Assembly (NCBI RefSeq): GCF_001194135.2
Contig: NC_068989.1
Coordinates: 2,539,427-2,603,426 of the forward strand
Reading direction: 5' to 3'
DNA length: 64,000 nt
Origin: Octopus bimaculoides
Lineage: Eukaryota
Made by a program: the position numbers and the translations under genes
Shown here: piece by piece, positions 40,544 to 54,551 of the stretch
Position numbering within the stretch: position 1 is the first letter of the stretch
Layout: the number at the start of each line of letters is the position of its first letter
Notes under the pieces: model-generated
Databases searched by the model: none
Seen by the model: only the letters and a program-made list of their open reading frames with translations
Told to the model about the DNA's origin: nothing

Positions 40544-41040
40544 TTATTTATATAGAGAGAGTTATAGATATAGATATATACAAACATACATATATATATA
40601 CATGTATGTTCACACACTCATAGACGTGTATGTACATAAATACATAGATACACAGACAAACAGGCATATAAACATAAAGAGAGAGAGGGAGAAAAAGAGA
40701 AAGAGATAAAGAGAGCGTGATCAAGATTGCTTTCTTGTTGATACATCCAAAAATAAAAAATGCGCAAGTAAACACCGAGATATGAAAGCGAAATTACGAT
40801 GATTCTCAAATATACTGGACAAAATTACCGGACAAAAAGCAACAATTAGTATTTTTTAATCCCAAAAATATCTGGAATCTCAACAGGTTATAGGACCTAT
40901 CCATGCACGAGGTGGATAATTTGCTAGTCTGCAGTTATATCCGGGCCCAACTATATCTAGACTCTCATGTGGCCTCGCAGTCAGTCGAAAGTCCCAATAT
41001 ATTCGCGATTACTACATAGTAATATAGCAACATAGTAATA

Positions 41041-41088
<48 letters not shown>

Positions 41089-41930
41089 GGCATCTAATAT
41101 ATATACTTGTAACAAACATATCTACCCATATCAACAAACCACGTCACATATGTAACCACTAAAGTAGATCTTAATATGCAATGCATGCAGGGAACACTAA
41201 CATCCAGAGCTCGGAGTTTCTCAGCAGCCTCTTATATAATTTTCTCTGATTTACAGCTACCGTTCGTCAACTTTTGTATGTGTTTAATACGTACATATAA
41301 ATAAAGATGTTTGTGTGTAGAAGGGGTGTACGTGTCTAATATGCGTGTGTATGTAAGATTGCCTAGTGAAAGCAACATTTCAGACATTTACCCAATTAAG
41401 GACATACAATGTGTTAATTCTATACTATGCTAAATGAAACAATTTTCACCGCATCTGATGTTGGTAACCAAGTCGTGAGCAAACATCGAAATATATGTAT
41501 ACGTCACAACAGGTAATACTATTAACAAATAACCTGAACTGAATATGGTATTTTCGTAAGGTCTGACTTGGCCAAAATATAACATCCCATCGTGCAAAAG
41601 TTTTAAATACGACAGAGGATCTCAGATCGAGCACAAATTCAAAATATCATTTCATATTCATAAGCTTAATACATGAACGTTGATCAATCAATTTGTATGT
41701 TAACGGATAGCGTTCTGAGCCACATTACTACTTTAAAAGACAAAGTATTTTTATAACAACGGCCAGAATAGGCATAATTCGCAACACATCTCTATATACT
41801 ATACACTTTTGAAATCTAATGTGAAACCGTTAAAGTGAGGTCCTATATTTTAAAATATAATTAAATTCTTATTAATTCTAGTATATCGTCTGTGCATTTT
41901 CATCTTTTTTCTCTTGCTCCACTTGTTTGG

Positions 41931-41967
<37 letters not shown>

Positions 41968-42984
41968 TATATATNNNNNNNNNNNNNNNNNNNNNNNNNN
42001 NNNNNNNNNNNNNNNNNNNNNNNNNNNNNNNNNNNNNNNNNNNNNNNNNNNNNNNNNNNNNNNNNNNNNNNNNNNNNNNNNNNNNNNNNNNNNNNNNNNN
42101 NNNNNNNNNNNNNNNNNNNNNNNNNNNNNNNNNNNNNNNNNNNNNNNNNNNNNNNNNNNNNNNNNNNNNNNNNNNNNNNNNNNNNNNNNNNNNNNNNNNN
42201 NNNNNNNNNNNNNNNNNNNNNNNNNNNNNNNNNNNNNNNNNNNNNNNNNNNNNNNNNNNNNNNNNNNNNNNNNNNNNNNNNNNNNNNNNNNNNNNNNNNN
42301 NNNNNNNNNNNNNNNNNNNNNNNNNNNNNNNNNNNNNNNNNNNNNNNNNNNNNNNNNNNNNNNNNNNNNNNNNNNNNNNNNNNNNNNNNNNNNNNNNNNN
42401 NNNNNNNNNNNNNNNNNNNNNNNNNNNNNNNNNNNNNNNNNNNNNNNNNNNNNNNNNNNNNNNNNNNNNNNNNNNNNNNNNNNNNNNNNNNNNNNNNNNN
42501 NNNNNNNNNNNNNNNNNNNNNNNNNNNNNNNNNNNNNNNNNNNNNNNNNNNNNNNNNNNNNNNNNNNNNNNNNNNNNNNNNNNNNNNNNNNNNNNNNNNN
42601 NNNNNNNNNNNNNNNNNNNNNNNNNNNNNNNNNNNNNNNNNNNNNNNNNNNNNNNNNNNNNNNNNNNNNNNNNNNNNNNNNNNNNNNNNNNNNNNNNNNN
42701 NNNNNNNNNNNNNNNNNNNNNNNNNNNNNNNNNNNNNNNNNNNNNNNNNNNNNNNNNNNNNNNNNNNNNNNNNNNNNNNNNNNNNNNNNNNNNNNNNNNN
42801 NNNNNNNNNNNNNNNNNNNNNNNNNNNNNNNNNNNNNNNNNNNNNNNNNNNNNNTATATATATGCATATGTATATACGCACACATAATCGCATGTATACA
42901 TACATAGTTATAGTCACACATACACACATATTTATATACATATATATATATATATATATACGTGTATGTGTGTTTGTGTGTTTA

Positions 42985-43024
<40 letters not shown>

Positions 43025-43111
43025 TGTGTTTGTGTGTCTGTGTCTGTGTGTGTGTGTCTGTGTGTCTGTGTGTGTGTCTGTGTGTGTGTGTATGTGTGTG
43101 TGTGTATGAAC

Positions 43112-43300
43112 TTACTTGTCTTAGTCATAGAACTGTGGCCATGTTAGTGCGCCGCCCTGAATGGTTTAGTGTAACAAATCAACCACAGTACTTCTTTTAA
43201 GTTTCTTACTCTATAGGTCCCTTTTGCCGAAACGCTAAGTTATGGGGACGGAAACAAACCAACATTGATTGCCAAACGGTGGTACTACAAACATCAAAAC
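43112..43300 (-). mobile_element. Family D SINE
   Basis: CTTACTTGTCTTAGTCATAGAACTGTGGCCATG...CTTTTGCCGAAACGCTAAGTTATGGGGACG; shares sequence with the fragments at 22385 and 50563. Confidence 0.65.
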
Positions 43301-43542
43301 ACATACATATTATATATATTTATGACGAGCTTCTACACAGCCCCGCCAACAACATTCCCTTATCAGATGGTAGACCCTGGGTCTTACTTGTAAACACTAA
43401 CGTATGATGACGCGCAGCGAGCTAAACCCGAAACTGCATAGTTCAGAGTGGTTTCTAAACCACACACATATATGTGAATATAATATATATTTATATAAAG
43501 TAGAAAATATTTTAGTGGGGAAATACACGTAGTGGATACAAA

Positions 43543-43857
43543 TAGAGAAAGAGAAAAGACGATAAAATGCATAAGATTTGTTTTGCAGGATTTAAGAGTA
43601 TATTAGAGCCATTATAATAATGATATGCAATTTTGTACAAAATAAGGTTTTCTTTTTTCATCATAATTGAAGTAAGCATCGGTTTAGCATTGCTCATCCA
43701 GTTTGATGAGCAATGCGAAACCGATCCTTATTTCAATTATGATGAAAACACAAAACCTTATTTTGTACAAAATTGTATAATATCATTATTATCATGGCTT
43801 TAATATACTCTTAAATCCTGTTAAACAAACCCTCTATGTTTTTTTCATCATTTCCCT

Positions 43858-43862
<5 letters not shown>
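43543..43862. repeat. Long near-perfect palindrome (about 155-bp arms, 6-nt loop)
   Basis: Centre GCATTGCTCATC-CAGTTT-GATGAGCAATGC (loop 43699-43704); the arms share e.g. CAGGATTTAAGAGTATATTA and AATTTTGTACAAAATAAGGTTTT in inverted orientation. Confidence 0.95.
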
Positions 43863-43893
<31 letters not shown>

Positions 43894-44305
43894 CTTTCTT
43901 TATCTCATATTTGTAAATATTCTACGACACAGTTTTATTCAATGATCTTAACTGTTCACTTCATTAATCCGAAACAATTTTCTCACTATCATTACTATGA
44001 GTTTCACATTCATTTATTCGTTTCGTTTTAATATGTGTGTATACATTATTTAATATTCTAATATAAGTATATATTTTCCAATAACGATTTCTTTGAACTT
44101 GGATGTATTCCTTTATATCAATTTGCCATCAATTTCTCGTAACTTTTAATCTATACTTTTAACACCACGACATTTCTCCTAAGTTTATGTACTATAAAAG
44201 CAACTGTGCTTTTTTTCTTAACCATTCCCTCACATGCCCTAATTATCGCATTCTATTGATATTTTTTATCAAACAAGATTGTAAAATTACCTGTAATTTG
44301 TAATA

Positions 44306-44358
<53 letters not shown>

Positions 44359-44487
44359 NNNNNNNNNNNNNNNNNNNNNNNNNNNNNNNNNNNNNNNNNN
44401 NNNNNNNNNNNNNNNNNNNNNNNNNNNNNNNNNNNNNNNNNNNNNNNNNNNNNNNNNNNNNNNNNNNNNNNNNNNNNNNNNNNNNNN

Positions 44488-44518
<31 letters not shown>

Positions 44519-44597
44519 CACAAATGTGTGTGTGGGTGTGCGTGTGTATTATATATGTACTTCATGATAACTTTGATTATACTATTACTAACATAGC

Positions 44598-44820
44598 CTC
44601 AAGCAAGCAAGCTGGAAGAGTCGTCAGAGTGTCGGACAAGAAGCTTAGCAGCGTTTTTGTGACTTTATGTTCTAAGTTGGAATCCCACTGAGGGTTTTCA
44701 TTGCTTGTCATCCCTCTGGGTTCGATAAAATAATATACCCGTCTGGTACTGTACTGAGATCAATCTAATCAATTTAAGCACTCCTCTTGAAATTACTGAC
44801 CTTATGCGAAAATTTTGGAC
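44598..44820 (+). mobile_element. Degenerate family A SINE
   Basis: GCAAGCTGGAAGAGTCGTCAGAG...TCATCCCTCTGGGTTCGATAAAATAA...GAAATTACTGACCTTATG. Confidence 0.65.
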
Positions 44821-46530
44821 CGATATTGCAAAACTTCGGTGACTGTGATCTTTAAATTCGAGCCTATCCAACAACTTAACTAACAACTAAACGCATCGCA
44901 AAAATATAATTTCTTTTTCGTAATCTTCTTCTTCGTCAGTTTAATTCTAGCCATAGACATTCCTCTGAGCGAACGCCAATCCGTTGCAGGGTTCAAGAGC
45001 AGCTATTTCGAGGCGAGGTGACAAGTCGTTTCCATCGAGATTTGAACTCAGAACATAAATACTATTTATCTGACCTCGCTCTCAGAATCATTGAGGTACT
45101 TTAGCCACCGCACGAGGACAAAGAGCAAACTACTAACAAAAATAATCTCGTCCAGTCATGAGACAGCGAACACAAGCAATCAATTTGATGTCAGGTCATG
45201 GTAGGATTGTGGCTACCTAGCATCGAGGCAGTTTTTGAGTTCCCATTTTGTGTTGCATTGTTCGGTCATTTCAATCTTGTGAATTATAATAAATCGGTAA
45301 AACTGGTAAAGTATACATCAAACGATTTGAAAAATAAAGTTGGAGTCGTGAGACTCCACCTTACAAACATATGTAAAAGAAATATTAATCTATAAAAATC
45401 TGAGTTTTTACTTTATATTAAAAGCTGACACTTTTCACACAAATATATACTTAAACAAAAAAGAGAAGAAATTCATCCGTTGCGAATATGCAAAACTATG
45501 AAATTATAACAAGCCTACTATCTTTATGTCTTTCTAAATCATTAGCTGGTCGAGTTAAAGCCTATCTTATAGCTGGAAGTGGAACAAATAACAACATAGG
45601 CGCACTGAAAGTCATTTTAAAACCATTCTCATGACATATGAATCTGTTCAGACGCTTAGAAACATGCCTTCATCCAAATACATCTGGAATCTGAAGGTTA
45701 ATAATATTAGAAATTAGACTAGTTAACAATTTTACGAAAGAATGCATTCATCATAGAGTGCGTGTTTCCTTGGACCCAGTAATCGCAAATGTATTACTTC
45801 TGCCTCTAAGGGAAGTGCAACATTCTTTGACAAGTATTCGAAATTTTTGGCACAAAAGTTCAGAAATGGTGATTTCTAGCACTCATTTCTATTATTGTAT
45901 ATTCATGAACTTTCAACTACAAAGTCGCTATCAAATTTGATTTCTTATATAAGGGATCGGCTATTTTCTAAAAAGACGAACCTTTATTTTAAGGTTCTTC
46001 ATTCATTGATCAACATTAAGACTTTATTAACAAGTGTCACTTCTCCTGCACGTTCCTTTTTTTTTTTTTGGCATATGGTATTGAAAAGCTGACAAACTGA
46101 ATTACTTACATTTTCGCACTGAGTACTGAACAGTTAAATATATCATGTTTCTGCGTATGCTTAGTATAAACATGGGACACGTTTGCTCACTGGCGATGTG
46201 CTGTTACCCAATCAAATCACGAAGTGGTTTCTAACATTTTTTTCCCCAGAAAGTAAAACCGAACATTAATCTTCCGAATTTCGGAACACTCGAACAAGAT
46301 CTCTAGGTCCCAAAAGTATATCCATTATAATTCCCTTTGCTGACAATCATACCATTTATTCAAACAAACAGTTAGCCAAATAGAATATTCACCGGTTGTT
46401 TCGTTCCAGTAGTCAAGGTCTCAATGTATTATATACCTTGTATTGTTTCGACGCAAGCAGCAGAGAAACAGAATTACAAGAAGACACGGATTGCAATAAT
46501 ATTAATAAGAAGGGCCACAACAACACAATA

Positions 46531-46943
46531 ATATATATATATCTTTTAAATTTGTTTATGGGGAACGTTTTGAATAGCAAATAAAGCTCCTATTCTATTA
46601 TGACCGGCAAAATTCTAAAGATGCCGACTGGTGAACCAGTTTTGGGGTTTGCATCGAGCTGTACTAATATAATGTAGGATAATAATAGTAATAATAACAA
46701 TAATCCTTGGATAGAATTTATAAACATTTAATGCATATTTACGAGCGTTTCCACAAATCACACCTAAATATATATAAATATATATATATCTTTTAAATTT
46801 GTTTATGGGGAACGTTTTGAATAGCAAATAAAGCTCCTATTCTATTATGACCGGCAAAATTCTAAAGATGCCGACTGGTGAACCAGTTTTGGGGTTTGCA
46901 TCGAGCTGTACTAATATAATGTAGGATAATAATAGTAATAATA
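46531..46943 (+). repeat. About 165-bp identical direct duplication (period 247) ending at a gap
   Basis: CTTTTAAATTTGTTTATGGGGAACG...GTAGGATAATAATAGTAATAATA starts at 46543 and at 46790. Confidence 0.93.
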
Positions 46944-49416
46944 NNNNNNNNNNNNNNNNNNNNNNNNNNNNNNNNNNNNNNNNNNNNNNNNNNNNNNNNN
47001 NNNNNNNNNNNNNNNNNNNNNNNNNNNNNNNNNNNNNNNNNNNNNNNNNNNNNNNNNNNNNNNNNNNNNNNNNNNNNNNNNNNNNNNNNNNNNNNNNNNN
47101 NNNNNNNNNNNNNNNNNNNNNNNNNNNNNNNNNNNNNNNNNNNNNNNNNNNNNNNNNNNNNNNNNNNNNNNNNNNNNNNNNNNNNNNNNNNNNNNNNNNN
47201 NNNNNNNNNNNNNNNNNNNNNNNNNNNNNNNNNNNNNNNNNNNNNNNNNNNNNNNNNNNNNNNNNNNNNNNNNNNNNNNNNNNNNNNNNNNNNNNNNNNN
47301 NNNNNNNNNNNNNNNNNNNNNNNNNNNNNNNNNNNNNNNNNNNNNNNNNNNNNNNNNNNNNNNNNNNNNNNNNNNNNNNNNNNNNNNNNNNNNNNNNNNN
47401 NNNNNNNNNNNNNNNNNNNNNNNNNNNNNNNNNNNNNNNNNNNNNNNNNNNNNNNNNNNNNNNNNNNNNNNNNNNNNNNNNNNNNNNNNNNNNNNNNNNN
47501 NNNNNNNNNNNNNNNNNNNNNNNNNNNNNNNNNNNNNNNNNNNNNNNNNNNNNNNNNNNNNNNNNNNNNNNNNNNNNNNNNNNNNNNNNNNNNNNNNNNN
47601 NNNNNNNNNNNNNNNNNNNNNNNNNNNNNNNNNNNNNNNNNNNNNNNNNNNNNNNNNNNNNNNNNNNNNNNNNNNNNNNNNNNNNNNNNNNNNNNNNNNN
47701 NNNNNNNNNNNNNNNNNNNNNNNNNNNNNNNNNNNNNNNNNNNNNNNNNNNNNNNNNNNNNNNNNNNNNNNNNNNNNNNNNNNNNNNNNNNNNNNNNNNN
47801 NNNNNNNNNNNNNNNNNNNTGTGTGTGTGTGTATCTTTGTCTATCTGATTTGATACAAACATGTCGGTGGCCAGGATTCCACTAACGTATATCGTGAATT
47901 CATACAATGACTGGTTTAAGGCAATTACTGGCCAATAAATAAGATTAAGGCTCATCACTTTTAATTTTGAACATTCTTGCAGTGCTGTGCCGATAATATT
48001 TCTGTCCCAATGGTCATGACCTCTCTGACCCAAATTTCGTTACACTCCAGTATTAATCGATTAATTGCTTCCGGTCGGAAAGTAAGCAGTTCCCATGTTG
48101 TTATATTTATATTATATATGTTCTCTCCAGCCTCTCTCCCTCACACACATGCACGCTCACGCATACATACTTACTTGCGTACGTTCGTACATATATACAT
48201 ACATGCATACATACATACATACATACATACATGCGTATATACATACGTATATACATGCATACATACATGCATACATACATGCATGCATACATGCATACAT
48301 ACATATGTACGTATAAACATACATATATGCATACATACATATGTACATGCATACATAGATACGTACGTACATACATGCATACATACATGCATGCATACAT
48401 ATATACATGTATACATACATGCATACATACAATGTGTGTATGTGCTTGTATGTGTGTGTGTGTACACGAAAGAACTGATTGAACTTTTTCTACATCAGTC
48501 TGTCACGAGGTTGTCTGAATTATATCCTTTACTATTTTCNNNNNNNNNNNNNNNNNNNNNNNNNNNNNNNNNNNNNNNNNNNNNNNNNNNNNNNNNNNNN
48601 NNNNNNNNNNNNNNNNNNNNNNNNNNNNNNNNNNNNNNNNNNNNNNNNNNNNNNNNNNNNNNNNNNNNNNNNNNNNNNNNNNNNNNNNNNNNNNNNNNNN
48701 NNNNNNNNNNNNNNNNNNNNNNNNNNNNNNNNNNNNNNNNNNNNNNNNNNNNNNNNNNNNNNNNNNNNNNNNNNNNNNNNNNNNNNNNNNNNNNNNNNNN
48801 NNNNNNNNNNNNNNNNNNNNNNNNNNNNNNNNNNNNNNNNNNNNNNNNNNNNNNNNNNNNNNNNNNNNNNNNNNNNNNNNNNNNNNNNNNNNNNNNNNNN
48901 NNNNNNNNNNNNNNNNNNNNNNNNNNNNNNNNNNNNNNNNNNNNNNNNNNNNNNNNNNNNNNNNNNNNNNNNNNNNNNNNNNNNNNNNNNNNNNNNNNNN
49001 NNNNNNNNNNNNNNNNNNNNNNNNNNNNNNNNNNNNNNNNNNNNNNNNNNNNNNNNNNNNNNNNNNNNNNNNNNNNNNNNNNNNNNNNNNNNNNNNNNNN
49101 NNNNNNNNNNNNNNNNNNNNNNNNNNNNNNNNNNNNNNNNNNNNNNNNNNNNNNNNNNNNNNNNNNNNNNNNNNNNNNNNNNNNNNNNNNNNNNNNNNNN
49201 NNNNNNNNNNNNNNNNNNNNNNNNNNNNNNNNNNNNNNNNNNNNNNNNNNNNNNNNNNNNNNNNNNNNNNNNNNNNNNNNNNNNNNNNNNNNNNNNNNNN
49301 NNNNNNNNACAATGCACTATAATACAAAAAATGGAGTATATGCCTGTTTTAATTTAGTTATCTATAGTCCGATGATATTTCGGAATACAATTCCTTCTTC
49401 AGATATTCTTAGATGG

Positions 49417-49457
<41 letters not shown>

Positions 49458-52400
49458 CACACTTATATACTCATACATATTTATATAAATGTATATACAC
49501 ACATATGCATATGTAAGATGTAAAAACAAATAGTTGTGTAACTATAAAATAAAATGTGTGTTTGTGTGTATGTAAGTGTGGTTATAAATGTATGCGTCTG
49601 GATTTGTCTATGAATGTCCTTGTGTGTACGTACGGTGTGCGGGGATGCGTGCGACAAGTGCAGACGTTTGCCGGTGTCGCAGCTGGAGAATGTTCCACCG
49701 TGGGGTAGCTTTGGAGCTTACAGCCATCCGCCAGCATGGCTTCTGCACCAGGCTTATACAGCAAACCAAAAAGGCTTCAGTCTCACATAGCTGCAATGCT
49801 GATATTTTCACGCACGAGTGAATATGCTTCGGTAGGACACGAGTCGTTAAACCATTGATGGAATGTCTGTTGTATTCGTTACGATTGTTTGTGTTCAGAA
49901 GAAAACATCAAAACCGTTGATAGTGTTGGCAAATCCGGAAGCGCATGTCTCCATATTCTATCAGATCGCTCTCAGTATCAACAGACCAGAGGGCAGGAGT
50001 AAATACAAGGCTGCGTTCAAGTCATATGCACTCCATGATAAACGTGTACATACACACGCACATACACACACGCGCACACACGCGCACATATACACACGCG
50101 CACACACATATATATAATTTCCTATAGCTATCAACACATAATCATTTACGTGTGTATGTGCATATGTATACATTATATACATGTGCGGTTGTGTGGCTGT
50201 TTGCGTGTGTAGGTGTGCATAGGATTCCTGTATATATTTCGCTCATCTGCACATCACACAAAATGAATGTATACATCGTGACTATTTGACGTACATTATC
50301 GCAAAAGAGGTCTTTCCCTCAGATTTCCCCGGTTATATATTCTCATCTTGCCCTGGTGTCAACTTCCATATCATCAAACCTAATTTTCAACATTATTTTT
50401 TATAACATTTTCTCACACTATTGTTTTCAACTTCTTGTATCAAAATATTGTTGTTTATGAATTTCCTTCCCTCCACTGATGTACATTCAAAAATGTGTTC
50501 AATAAAAATATCTATATCATGCATCTACGAAACGCCTTCTTCTTTTATTATTTTGTTCTTTTGTTTCAGTTATTTGACTGCAGCCCTGCTGGAGCACCGC
50601 CTTTTAGTCGAGCAAATCAACATCATAGGAGGCACTTAATTAAGAAATAACATTAATCCTACGACAATATACATAGTTAAGTAAAATATCCTAATTTTAA
50701 TTGCCTTATTGTCCTAGTGAATATAAGTGTTAAAACTTTATTCCGCCACCAAATGCCAGATATATAAACTAAATTCTTAACCTACTTAATCGCAGTCCTT
50801 AGTGAGCCAGTGATCGTAACATTATCACTAATCCTAATTTTTAAACATAAAATTATGGACGAAAGATATGCATCTCTGAAGATTTGCTAATACCACTGGA
50901 TTATATAGTTTGTATTATGAATGGAAGTCACGCATCTCTGAAGATTTTACAATGTGTTGTATAATTTATATAATTGATAGTCTAACTTTGCGAATGAAAT
51001 GCACGTAAGATGATAAATCTCACCCGTTTTGGTTTTTAAAGCTCTGTGACATATCCAGCTATAGAATCCAACCAAATTATATCAAGAATATAATACGAGT
51101 CCATCGCACGGTTTCCTTTCAGATACACGAAGATACATATGGAATTATAAATACAGGTTATTTGTTACGCAATTTAAATTTAAGTCGTACCATATGCATA
51201 CGTACATACACACAAACACAAATATACTCGCGCGCACACACGTATATACATATATATATGATATATCGCATATGTATATATTCACATGTAGAAGGTGATA
51301 ACAAATATAATTTCAAAAACATTATGAAACAAATTCGAGTTTCAGCTCAATATTCTTCTTTGCAAAAAATAAATTAATTTCTAAAAATATATGCAGCGAA
51401 TGATTCAGTAATCTATGAAAAGGATTTGCCTGCGGAAGCCCAAAAATTTAATTAGAATTCTAGTTAATACCCAAAACAAAATTTTACCATTGTTGGTATT
51501 TTTTCATGTTTTCTTATATCTTTTTACATTATCTCAAAGCAGTTAATTGGAATAATTTCTCATCGAAACAAATGCCAGAAAAATCTTTCAATTAGAGGAT
51601 GGTGGTGAGATAGTAAGTGGCAACAAAGCCGTTCTCTAGCTTCAAACATCAGAAGTTTTTACCCCGGAGTAAAATGTAAATCATAAGAAATGAATTACAA
51701 AGAAAATAAAGCGAAAGCTCTTCTGCTGACGAAGGAGAGGAAATGAGAAAACGGGATTCATTACGAAGCTGATAGGAGTGTTCTTTTCTTTCTTTTGCTT
51801 TTCGTTTTTGTTTTCTTTTTTTTTTGGCTTTTGGGCACTGTAGAGCATTACAGTTTTCAATAGTTGCATTACAATATAATATTTTGGTCTACATGCATAT
51901 CCAATACTTTCTTTTCTAATGATAGTCGAACCTAGAACATTACATAAAAACGACTACCCTTTAAAATAGTACAAATCTCACCCCTCCCACTTATCTCCCA
52001 ACCCTCCACTTCTACTCCTCTCAATATCCTGATCACTCACCGCCTCCATCTTCCTGATCTGACTCCCTTACTTTTCTTGTCCCTCCTTGCTTCAACACTC
52101 CCCACACACCCATCGATCTCCCTACTTCTTCCAACCACTACTGCTTGCCTTCCTCTTTGCCCATCGTGATTTGAAATGTTAGATTTCTATCTCTTCATCT
52201 TGAGGAGAGGGGACAAATCTACTCAATGCTTATTTTTCTAAGGGGGCTAGATTTAGGNNNNNNNNNNNNNNNNNNNNNNNNNNNNNNNNNNNNNNNNNNN
52301 NNNNNNNNNNNNNNNNNNNNNNNNNNNNNNNNNNNNNNNNNNNNNNNNNNNNNNNNNNNNNNNNNNNNNNNNNNNNNNNNNNNNNNNNNNNNNNNNNNNN

Positions 52401-52559
52401 NNNNNNNNNNNNNGGTGGTGATCGTCGTCGTCGTCGTGGAACTAGATAATGTCCCGGGTTCTTATTCGTTTAATCCGGCTAGAGGTCTTAACTGAGTGGG
52501 GACAAAGCATCGAAGAGGTGCACGCTAGTGTCTGTTTCAGTGAGCTGCGATTTATATAG

Positions 52560-52960
52560 GATTTGGGTTCATCTTGTAGAAAGGTTGTTCGTTCGATCGT
52601 CTGTTACTCTGAAATTTGGACGGGTATTGGAGTGGTGGCATAGGGGAGATTTTACGTCCATGAACTGGGGTGGGGACTGGTTTCAGTTCTGGGTTCAGTG
52701 AAGGAGGAATATTCCACAAGATGATATATTCGATTGAGTTTTTATTACCGGCACGTTGTAGGGCACAATTGTTATATTATATTATTAACTTCTCTTTCTG
52801 TAATAACGTTAAACCTGCTAATTTCTTGACCGTAAACTTCTACCCATACCACAAACATGGAGAAAACGCAACCGATAATAACACCGGTTCCTCACTAAAT
52901 AACAATCCCATCACAAATTCATCCGGAACCTACAAGCTTATGCACTTTCAGCTAGCTGGA
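52560..52960. mobile_element. Two Penelope-like ORF fragments in opposite orientation
   Basis: + strand 52790-52960: NVKPANFLTVNFYPYHKHGENATDNNTGS (recalled PLE RT NFLD...YHKPN motif). Minus strand about 52560-52770: IILWNIPPSL...KIS/YATTP (WFNPP and KISY-like motifs). Confidence 0.5.
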
Positions 52961-53680
52961 GGGGAAGTCTTCCTGTGGTTATAAACTACAGTAGCATCGT
53001 CCACTATGGGTCAGACACATTTAGGTGGCAAATATACTTCACAATTTATATATATNNNNNNNNNNNNNNNNNNNNNNNNNNNNNNNNNNNNNNNNNNNNN
53101 NNNNNNNNNNNNNNNNNNNNNNNNNNNNNNNNNNNNNNNNNNNNNNNNNNNNNNNNNNNNNNNNNNNNNNNNNNNNNNATATATATATATATATATATAT
53201 AACTAATACGAAGAGTGATGAGTAAATATATTCAAGTCATGCAATGAAGTAAATTACTTGCTTATCTGCAGACGAACTGTTTTGTAATTCCAAAAGATAG
53301 CTTTACATAGATGTGAATTCCATGTATTGTTTTCGCCAGTCAGGAAGTCTAGAGTCAAGACATGTTTTATGTATATATCTGAAATATGCTGAACAAAATT
53401 ACTTTTTAATTTGCTGTAGAAATAGCATTGCAATATCGCTCGAAATTTTGTAAAGTACGTTGAAAAAATATACTTGAAACATATACGTAGAGGTATGAGC
53501 TATTAAACAATTGTATTTATAAATATTTCGCTTATATATTGGAATTATTTTCATTTTAGGATATTTTTTAGAGAGAACTCACAATATGAATAGAATGAAT
53601 CAATCTCAAAATGGTGTAAATGCAATACAATATACAGCTAATGTGAAAAGGCTACAGAAGATATAAGCGATATATATGCA

Positions 53681-53740
<60 letters not shown>

Positions 53741-54149
53741 CACATATATACGCAGGCATATATATAAATATTTACATATATGTGTATATATAAAAATGTG
53801 TGTGTATATATTTTTAAACGCACACGTAGGGAGAGACAGAGAGTGTTGGACACATTGTTTCTGGTAGACAGGAAATCTAGGATGTCATGATAGCTTCAGC
53901 AGCGGAGATACAAGCAGAATCATGCATACATGTGGCTGTCTATATACAATGACATTGAAAACTAATGTAATGCGACAATAACAAACATATTAATAAAAGT
54001 AATAGCTTCAGGTTGTTGCGCAAATCTCTTTAGAACTTTGACTGAACTTTCGAAATCTGTCACAAAAAAAAAATGAATTCATAAATTAAATTGTGAAAAT
54101 TAGCTATTTTAGAAATGTATATCATTGATACAAGCAATGATCTGTTGTT

Positions 54150-54295
54150 GAGATGCTCGCTTTTAAACATGTGGTTTCGGGTTCAGTCAAACTGCACGGC
54201 ATCTCGGCCTAGTGTCTTCTACTATAGCCCTTGGTCATTCAGTGCCTTGTATATAAATTGGCTCGATAAAAATTGTTCAGAAGCCCGTCGGATGG
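54150..54295 (+). mobile_element. Degenerate family B SINE
   Basis: CATGTGGTTTCGGGTTCAGTC...AGTGTCTTCTACTATAGCCC...AGAAGCCCGTCG. Confidence 0.75.
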
Positions 54296-54508
54296 ATTTC
54301 CTCATTAATTGAAAGTCACAACTCAGTCAGACAATGTGCCATGTTGATTCTGCCTTTGAACGACATTAGGTGCATACGTTTCTGTGGAATACGCAGCCAA
54401 TTATATGCTGATTCAATGAGCATGTAATTCAGTTGACTGAATGACTAAATCATCCATTGTCATAATCGATGACAGTCTGAACAAGGTTAACACTGCTTTC
54501 CAAAGTTT

Positions 54509-54548
<40 letters not shown>

Positions 54549-54551
<3 letters not shown>

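Noticed and set aside
43690-43712. CAGTTTGATGAGC resembling the 3' end of miR-2 family miRNAs
   Set aside because: No seed match, and it is explained as the centre of the palindrome.
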